64,000 nucleotides of DNA from Myxococcota bacterium (GTDB lineage Bacteria > Myxococcota_A > UBA9160 > SZUA-336). Shown piece by piece: positions 57,588 through 64,000 of the stretch. The position numbers and the translations under genes are program-made. The DNA lies in the NCBI GenBank assembly GCA_965247115.1, contig CBDFGR010000003.1, positions 1,792,001-1,856,000 of the forward strand, read 5' to 3'. The notes beneath the pieces are model-generated. The model did no database searches. It saw nothing but the letters and a program-made list of their open reading frames with translations, and was not told the origin of the DNA. Position 1 is the first letter of the stretch, and each line of letters begins with the position of its first letter.

Positions 57588-59338
57588 GTCGCCAGTCGCT
57601 CCCGCCGCTCGGAGCGCATCGCCAGAGCGAACACCCCCGCGACGAACAGGAAGAACGTGATGACGATGATCGACACGACCATGGTCGCGAACCCGTGGGT
57701 CGGGATGTACGCGCCCTCGCTCGTGTCGCGCATGACCTGATAGACGTGCCAGTGCTGGCGGACGCCGGAGCGGATGTAGCCCATCAGTCCCATCAGCCAG
57801 GTGAAGGTGGCGGCCAGGAAGAACAGCACGTACTGCGAGAGCCTCGGCATCTGGCCCCAGCGGATCTCACCGAGCGACTGCGCTCCGCGGAACGCCGGAC
57901 CCTCGATCGCGAGGAACAGCACCATGAAGGCGCCGACCATGAGCGGCTGGTAGCCGGACAGCCCGACGCGCACGGCAGCGGGGACGAAGTAGCCGTAGAT
58001 CCCGATCCAGACGATCCCGACGATGACCGCCGCGAAGGCCAGGCCCTGGATCCAGTTGCCGAGGACGGCGAAGCCCGCCGTGGCCAGCTTGTTGCCGCGC
58101 CGGTACAGCATGAACGTGATGAACGTGGAGATGATCATCAGGTTCACGGCGGTGTTCTTGGCAGACATGACGCCGAGCACGCCGAGCCTGGGGTGGTGCG
58201 CCGCGCCCATCGCCTGCATCTCGGCGAACGTCGCGATGATGGTGTGGGGCGTCGCCCAGACCGCGAGGCCGGTCGCCAGAACGATCAGCACCGGGGCCTG
58301 GAACACGCGATAACGCTCGCCGCCGGGGATGCGGCCCATGGCCAGCCACAGGTAGAGGTTGATCGCCAGGAACAGCGAGCCGATCAGGATGGCCTGCAGA
58401 ATCCACAGCTGGGCGAAGGAGCCGCCCATCATCGACACGCCCATCTGCTGGCTGTACGTGTAGATCTCAAGCCCGAGGTAGTAGCCGGCGAACGGCAGGG
58501 GGATGAAGGCAGCGACGGCGATGAAGCTCCCGATGTACCCCATCCAGTCGTAGTTGGCCCGTTCCTCGTCGTCGGTCGCCGCCAGGAAGCGGAAGGCGGC
58601 ATAGGCGCCCACGATGGCTCCGCCGAAGCACACGTTGGCGAGCAGCCGGTGGATGTTCAGTGGGTTCCAGGCGAAGTTCATGAAGGCGTCGGCCCGGCTG
58701 GTGACCGTGATGGCCAGGTCGGTGCCCTCGATGCCGCCCGGAGTCATCATGTAGCCCGTCCAGGCGTTCGTGATGACCAGGATCGCGATTCCCCCGACGT
58801 TGACCATCACTCCCAGGAAGATGTGCCAGCCCTTGCGCGGCCCCTGGAGCAGGTCCCACGTGTACCAGTACAGGTACGCGAACAGCGCCTCTCCGAAGAT
58901 CACGGCCACGTAGAAGCCCCAGGTGGGGTCGAACACCTTCTCCATGTGGGAGACGAACCTGGGGTAGAGCCCGACCAGCGCCACCAGCAAGAGCGCGCCG
59001 AGGGTGGCGGTGATCGTGTAGCTCATTGCCAGAAGGCGGGTGAAATCCTTGGCCAGTCCGTCGTAGCGCTCGCTCTTCGTGACGAAGCCGAGCACCTCGG
59101 CGATCAGCGCGAAGATCGGCACGCCCAGCACGAAGGCAGCGAAAAGGAGGTGACCTTGGGCCAGGCACCAGACGAGCACGCGGCTGCCGATCACGGGGAA
59201 GTGGCGGTAGTCGGCGGCCTCGAACGCCTGCGGCAGCAGCCAGACCAGGAGATAGACGCCGGTGAGGATGAGCGAGACCTTCAGAACCCCGCCGCGAACT
59301 CCCCCCAGGGCTCCCGGCCAGCTCTTGGCCTCGGCCAT
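57584..59338 (-). CDS. Cytochrome bd ubiquinol oxidase subunit I-like (bd-like) membrane protein
   Basis: AQGHLLFAAFVLG, YMMTP, NIHRLLAN, MGYIRSGVRQHW (diverged GRQPW region); many TM segments; no cydB nearby. Confidence 0.8.
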   Translation of the reverse strand: MAEAKSWPGALGGVRGGVLKVSLILTGVYLLVWLLPQAFEAADYRHFPVIGSRVLVWCLAQGHLLFAAFVLGVPIFALIAEVLGFVTKSERYDGLAKDFTRLLAMSYTITATLGALLLVALVGLYPRFVSHMEKVFDPTWGFYVAVIFGEALFAYLYWYTWDLLQGPRKGWHIFLGVMVNVGGIAILVITNAWTGYMMTPGGIEGTDLAITVTSRADAFMNFAWNPLNIHRLLANVCFGGAIVGAYAAFRFLAATDDEERANYDWMGYIGSFIAVAAFIPLPFAGYYLGLEIYTYSQQMGVSMMGGSFAQLWILQAILIGSLFLAINLYLWLAMGRIPGGERYRVFQAPVLIVLATGLAVWATPHTIIATFAEMQAMGAAHHPRLGVLGVMSAKNTAVNLMIISTFITFMLYRRGNKLATAGFAVLGNWIQGLAFAAVIVGIVWIGIYGYFVPAAVRVGLSGYQPLMVGAFMVLFLAIEGPAFRGAQSLGEIRWGQMPRLSQYVLFFLAATFTWLMGLMGYIRSGVRQHWHVYQVMRDTSEGAYIPTHGFATMVVSIIVITFFLFVAGVFALAMRSERRERLAT

Positions 59339-59527
59339 CCACGCCTCCCCACTGCAACGCGGCCCATCGGCCCGCGGGTCCGGTTGAGATTCGCGCTACG
59401 GTATGCTGAAATGCCGCGGGCTGTCCAGAGGTCACAGGAGGGTTTGCCGGAGCCTCCAGGCTTGAGACCTCACAGTCACCGCGTCGAGTCGCCGCACTCC
59501 GGCTTGTCACAGGCGATAGGGGGATCC

Positions 59528-60274
59528 GTGGACAACCGACTCATTCTTGTAGCAGCTTGCCTGGCCTTCCTTCTGCCCGCGACGGGCGGCGGCCAGGAAG
59601 ACAAGGCCTGGGACCCCGCGATGGGCACCGCGACCATCACGGGGAGCGTCAAGTTCAACGGAAAGAAGCCGCGCACGCGGCCCATCGACATGGCTGGCGC
59701 AGACGAGAAGTGCGCGGAGCTTCACGGCGGCAAGAGGCTCCGGCCGGACACCGTCGTCTTGAACGAGAACGGAACGCTTCGGAACGTCTTCGTCTGGGTC
59801 AAGTCGGGCGCCGAGGGCTGGAGCTTTCCGATGCCCGATGGAGACGTTCTGCTGGACCAGAACGGCTGTACGTACGCCCCTCACGTGCAGGGCATGCGGA
59901 CGGGCCAGTCGCTGTCTGTCAAGACCAGCGATCCCACGGCGCACAACGTCCACGGCTACGCGAAGGTCAACCGCTCGTTCAATCGCTCCCAGCCAGCCGG
60001 TGCCGCCAATGTCTCCATCAGGATGAGACGGGATGAGGCGAGCCCCCCGATGAAAGTCAAGTGCGACATTCATCCCTGGATGAACGCGTACGTAGCCGTG
60101 GTGGACCATCCCTACTTTGCGGTGACCGGGGACGACGGCTCATTTACGCTGTCGAATCTCCCCCCAGGCACCTACACGATCGAGGTCTGGCACGAGAAGT
60201 ACGAGACGATGGAGCAGACCATCACCATCGGCGACAACGAGTCCCAGGCACTCGACTTCACTTACGAAGGCTGA
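59528..60274 (+). CDS. Secreted protein with a cupredoxin-like His/Cys/Met site and a carboxypeptidase-regulatory-like domain
   Basis: Signal peptide, LDQNGCTYAPH, HNVH, VKCDIHPWM, FAVTGDDGSFTLSNLPPGTY. Confidence 0.8.
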   Translation: MDNRLILVAACLAFLLPATGGGQEDKAWDPAMGTATITGSVKFNGKKPRTRPIDMAGADEKCAELHGGKRLRPDTVVLNENGTLRNVFVWVKSGAEGWSFPMPDGDVLLDQNGCTYAPHVQGMRTGQSLSVKTSDPTAHNVHGYAKVNRSFNRSQPAGAANVSIRMRRDEASPPMKVKCDIHPWMNAYVAVVDHPYFAVTGDDGSFTLSNLPPGTYTIEVWHEKYETMEQTITIGDNESQALDFTYEG

Positions 60275-60287
60275 CAGGGGGAACCCA

Positions 60288-61049
60288 ATGGACCAACCGG
60301 AATACGGCTGGTGGCTGCCACCGGACGTCTCCGTCCACGGCGCCGACGTCGATCTTCTCATGAACATGATCCACTGGTTCATGCTGGCGCTGTTCGTCGG
60401 TTGGAGCCTGTTCATCGTGTACTGCCTCGTGCGCTTCCGCCAGCGCACTGGCCACGTCGCCATCTATGAACCGATCAAGGCGAAGCTCTCCAAGTGGCTC
60501 GAGGTGGGAGTGGCCGTGGCGGAGTTCGTCGTCCTGATCGGGCTCGCTGTACCCGTATGGGCGCAGCTCAAGACCATCACACCCGTGACCCCTGAGAACC
60601 CGCTGGTCGTGCGCGTGGTGGCGGAGCAGTTCAAATGGCTGTTCCACTACCCTGGGCGGGACGGCCTGTTCGGGGCCACGGGCGTAGAGCACTACAGCGA
60701 TGACAACCCCGCCGGACTGGACTATGACGACGAGGACGGGATCGATGACATCACGGTGCGAGGCTTCCACTTTCCGGTGGGGCGGCCGGTGATCGCGCGC
60801 CTGACTGCCAAGGACACGATCCACAGCTTCAAGATGCCGGTCATGCGGATCACACAGGACGCGGTCCCCGGCATCGAGATCCCCGTCTGGTTCGAGGCGA
60901 AGGACACGGGCAGGTTTCAGCTGGGGTGCGCGCAGCTGTGCGGCCTCGGTCACTACGAGATGAAGGCAGATCTCGTCATCGAGTCACCCGAGGACTTCCA
61001 GAAGTGGCTGGATGAGGAGCACGCATACCTGGGGTTGGACGATGAGTGA
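60288..61049 (+). CDS. coxB: Cytochrome c oxidase subunit II
   Basis: DTIHSF, DAVPG, CuA motif CAQLCGLGHYEM. Confidence 0.95.
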   Translation: MDQPEYGWWLPPDVSVHGADVDLLMNMIHWFMLALFVGWSLFIVYCLVRFRQRTGHVAIYEPIKAKLSKWLEVGVAVAEFVVLIGLAVPVWAQLKTITPVTPENPLVVRVVAEQFKWLFHYPGRDGLFGATGVEHYSDDNPAGLDYDDEDGIDDITVRGFHFPVGRPVIARLTAKDTIHSFKMPVMRITQDAVPGIEIPVWFEAKDTGRFQLGCAQLCGLGHYEMKADLVIESPEDFQKWLDEEHAYLGLDDE

Positions 61050-62766
61050 TACGCACTCCGAGCTGGGTTTCTGGAGCAAGTACGTCTTCTCCACGGACCA
61101 CAAGACGATCGGGATCCAGTACGGGCTGACCTCGCTGGTCTTCCTGTTCTTTGGCTTCTGCCTGATGATGATGATGCGCTGGCAGCTGGCCTATCCGGGT
61201 GAGGCGATCCCGGTCATCGGTGCGATGCTCAGCGATTCCCTGGTAGATGACGGCGCCATGCTGCCCGACTTCTACAACCAGCTCGGCGCCATGCACGGCA
61301 CCATCATGGTCTTCATGGGGATCGTGCCGCTCGCGGTCGGAGCGTTCGGCAACTACGTCGTTCCCCTGCAGATCGGCGCGCCGGACATGGCCTTCCCGCG
61401 CCTGAACATGATGAGCTACCAGGCGTTCGTCATCGGCGGCATCGTGATGCTGGCGAGCTTCTTTCTGCCGGGCGGCGCGGCGAGCTCGGGCTGGACCTCG
61501 TACGCTCCGCTCTCGGTCATCGCGACCATGGGGCAGACGGCCTGGCTGGTCGGCATGATCTTCCTGATCGCGTCCTCGCTCCTGGGGGCGATCAACTTCA
61601 TCACCACGATTGTCCACCTGCGGGCGGAGGGCCTTACGTTCTTCCGCCTGCCTTTCTTCGTCTGGTCTCAGCTGGTGACTGCGTTCCTGCTGCTGCTGGC
61701 GTTCCCGCCGCTCCAGGCCGCGGCCGTCTTCCAGCTGATGGACCGCCTGGCCGATACGAGCTTCTTCATGCCGAGCGGGCTCGTGGTGGGCGGCGAGCTG
61801 GCCGTCAATGCCGGCGGCGGCAGCCCCCTGCTCTGGCAGCACCTGTTCTGGTTCCTGGCCCATCCCGAGGTGTACGTCCTGATCCTGCCCGGCATGGGAA
61901 TCGTGGCCGAGGTGATCGCCAACAACACCCGCAAGCCCCTGTGGGGCTACCGCACCATGGTGTACTCGCTGCTGATTCTGGGATTCCTGTCCTTCACTGT
62001 GTGGGCGCACCATATGTACCTGACGGGCATGGGAACCACGATGTCGAGCTTCTTCCAGACCACCACCATGATCATCTCGATCCCGTCGGTGATCATCCTG
62101 TCCTGCCTTGTGCTCAGCTTGTGGGGTGCTTCAATCCGGTTCCCCGTTTCCATGCTGTTCGCGGTGGCCTTCCTGCCCATGTTCGGCATCGGCGGGCTCA
62201 CGGGGCTGCCCCTGGGGCTGGCGGTCCCGGACGTCTACCTGCACGACTCCTACTACGTGATCGGGCACTTCCACTACGTGGTCGCCCCCGGCACGATCTT
62301 CGCAATGTTCGCGGGCATCTATCACTGGTACCCGAAGATCACCGGCCGCTCGTTGAACGAGGCGCTCGGAAAGGCGCACTTCTGGCTGTCGCTCGTCTTC
62401 ATCAACGGAGTATTCATGCCCATGATGTTCGAGGGCATGGCGGGGGTGAGTCGGCGCCTCTTCGATCCCACCATCTACGACGTCGGAGCAGGAGCTCACG
62501 GCCTGACCATGATCACTTCCTGGTCGGCTTGGCTGCTCGCACTGTCGCAGCTCCCGTTCATCTACAACTTCTTCGCGAGCATGCGCAAGAAGGAGCGGGC
62601 TAGCCAGAATCCCTGGCAGGCGACCACGCTCGAGTGGGCGGCACCATCTCCGCCGCCGCACGGCAACTTCACGGAGCCGCTGGTCGTGGTTGCGGGACCC
62701 TACGAGTACAGCGTACCGGGAGCTCCGAACGACTTCTCACCGCAGTACGCGACGCGAGGGGGCTGA
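61042..62766 (+). CDS. coxA: Cytochrome c oxidase subunit I (A-family)
   Basis: [40 protein letters not shown]. Confidence 0.97.
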   Translation: MSDTHSELGFWSKYVFSTDHKTIGIQYGLTSLVFLFFGFCLMMMMRWQLAYPGEAIPVIGAMLSDSLVDDGAMLPDFYNQLGAMHGTIMVFMGIVPLAVGAFGNYVVPLQIGAPDMAFPRLNMMSYQAFVIGGIVMLASFFLPGGAASSGWTSYAPLSVIATMGQTAWLVGMIFLIASSLLGAINFITTIVHLRAEGLTFFRLPFFVWSQLVTAFLLLLAFPPLQAAAVFQLMDRLADTSFFMPSGLVVGGELAVNAGGGSPLLWQHLFWFLAHPEVYVLILPGMGIVAEVIANNTRKPLWGYRTMVYSLLILGFLSFTVWAHHMYLTGMGTTMSSFFQTTTMIISIPSVIILSCLVLSLWGASIRFPVSMLFAVAFLPMFGIGGLTGLPLGLAVPDVYLHDSYYVIGHFHYVVAPGTIFAMFAGIYHWYPKITGRSLNEALGKAHFWLSLVFINGVFMPMMFEGMAGVSRRLFDPTIYDVGAGAHGLTMITSWSAWLLALSQLPFIYNFFASMRKKERASQNPWQATTLEWAAPSPPPHGNFTEPLVVVAGPYEYSVPGAPNDFSPQYATRGG

Positions 62767-62770
62767 AGCA

Positions 62771-63400
62771 GTGGAAGTAGTCATTCCCTACCGCACCGAG
62801 CCGCATCCGATCACGGGCGTCACCAGCGGGAAGCTCGGCGTCTGGCTGTTCCTCGCGTCCGAGGTCATGCTCTTCGGGGCGCTCTTCTCGTCGTACGTGC
62901 TGCTCCGGGTCGGCTCGTTGCCCGAGTTCTGGCCGACGGGCGTCGACGCCGGTCTGAACGTGCCGATCGGCACGTTCAATACAATGGTGCTGATCACCTC
63001 GAGCATCACGATGGTCATGTCGTGGGCCTCGCTCAAGATGAACCAGCTTGGCGCCTTCAAGGCCTACTTCGGCGCCACGATCGGGCTCGGCCTGGTCTTC
63101 CTCATCGTCAAGGGCTTCGAGTACGGCGACAAGTTCGGCCACCACATCTTCCCCGCCACCGGCTGGCCGGATGCTGCCAGCCCGTCCACGTTCTACGCCA
63201 TCTACTTCACGCTGACCGGACTGCACGGCCTGCACGTGCTGTTGGGCATCCTCGTCAATCTGTGGCTGCTGATCTGGGGGACCAGGTTGTGGCAGACCGA
63301 CCGAGAGCGCTTCGCCGGCAGGATCGAGATCGCCGGACTCTACTGGCACTTCGTGGATCTGGTCTGGATCTTCCTCTTCCCCGTGCTCTACCTTCTATAG
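62771..63400 (+). CDS. coxC: Cytochrome c oxidase subunit III
   Basis: [29 protein letters not shown]. Confidence 0.95.
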   Translation: MEVVIPYRTEPHPITGVTSGKLGVWLFLASEVMLFGALFSSYVLLRVGSLPEFWPTGVDAGLNVPIGTFNTMVLITSSITMVMSWASLKMNQLGAFKAYFGATIGLGLVFLIVKGFEYGDKFGHHIFPATGWPDAASPSTFYAIYFTLTGLHGLHVLLGILVNLWLLIWGTRLWQTDRERFAGRIEIAGLYWHFVDLVWIFLFPVLYLL

Positions 63401-63409
63401 GGAACCATC

Positions 63410-63724
63410 ATGAGCGAATCAGCAGAAGACATTCGAGAGCACGTCCGAGTCTACGTGATGGTATTCGTGGCCCTGGCCTGCTTGACGGTGGTCACGGTTG
63501 CGATCTCGTACATCGGCATGCCGACGGCTCTCGCGATCTGTATGGCCATGGTCGTGGCCAGCGTGAAGGCGGGCCTGGTGGCCGGATTTTTCATGCACCT
63601 GATAACAGAGCAGAGGGTAATCATCTGGCTCCTCGTGCTCTCTGCGGCCTTCCTCGTCTTCCTGGTGTTCCTTCCCCTTTGGACGGAGTCCGGGATTGCC
63701 CCGTTGTGGCCGCTCACGGGCTGA
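63410..63724 (+). CDS. Cytochrome c oxidase subunit IV
   Basis: KAGLVAGFFMHL, 3 TM segments. Confidence 0.88.
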   Translation: MSESAEDIREHVRVYVMVFVALACLTVVTVAISYIGMPTALAICMAMVVASVKAGLVAGFFMHLITEQRVIIWLLVLSAAFLVFLVFLPLWTESGIAPLWPLTG

Positions 63725-63742
63725 CAGCGGTGAGAGCGATCG

Positions 63743-63949
63743 ATGTCGCTAAAAGCGTTTCACATCTTCTTCATCGTCGTGTCGATTCTGCTGGCTGTTG
63801 CTTTCGGGTTCTGGGCCGTCGACGACTTCGGCCGTTCCGCGAGCCGAGTTCACCTGGCCCTAGGAGTGGGCTCTTTCATCGCGAGCGGCGTGCTCGTTGT
63901 GTACGGCGTCTGGTTTCTGCGCAAGCTGAAGCACGTGGGGTACCTATGA
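63743..63949 (+). CDS. Small 2-TM hypothetical protein in the cox operon
   Basis: MSLKAFHIFFI..., co-oriented and closely spaced. Confidence 0.7.
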   Translation: MSLKAFHIFFIVVSILLAVAFGFWAVDDFGRSASRVHLALGVGSFIASGVLVVYGVWFLRKLKHVGYL

Positions 63950-64000
63950 TCCGGAAGCGTCTGGCCAGCATGGCGTTGGCCATCCCGATAGGCCTGGCCG
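63946..64000 (+). CDS. Start of a probably secreted/membrane protein, truncated by the window end
   Basis: ATGA overlap with the previous stop; MIRKRLASMALAIPIGLA. Confidence 0.5.
   Translation, partial: MIRKRLASMALAIPIGLA

Overview
High-GC bacterial chromosome segment. The gene content (many acyl-CoA dehydrogenases, amidohydrolase, Rieske oxygenase, Cys-rich HemH with HemY) suggests a Myxococcota/deltaproteobacteria-like organism, which is an inference only. The left end holds a split mutasome: imuB-dnaE2 at <1-4305 and imuA 12 kb away, with a shared promoter/operator motif upstream of both. Divergent from imuB is a DsbA-family gene with an in-frame TGA in a U-x-x-C motif followed by a SECIS-like hairpin (probable selenoprotein). 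The middle contains about 45 mostly housekeeping or catabolic genes. The right end is a respiratory supercluster: SCO-hemH-hemY-radical SAM, a convergent operon, then a divergent aa3-type oxidase operon. The convergent operon encodes a CydA-like (bd-like) protein without CydB, three c-type cytochromes, a USP/rubredoxin/PCP_red protein, a GNAT, an Mrp ATPase and a small zinc-ribbon/PCP_red protein. Five PCP_red-like domains are spread over three proteins of this locus, making it the best candidate for an undescribed system. A ~90-bp multi-hairpin repeat occurs at least 8 times; two copies lie in frame inside dnaE2 and imuB, and one has both termini iterated four times. No CRISPR array, tRNA, rRNA or transposase was recognised.
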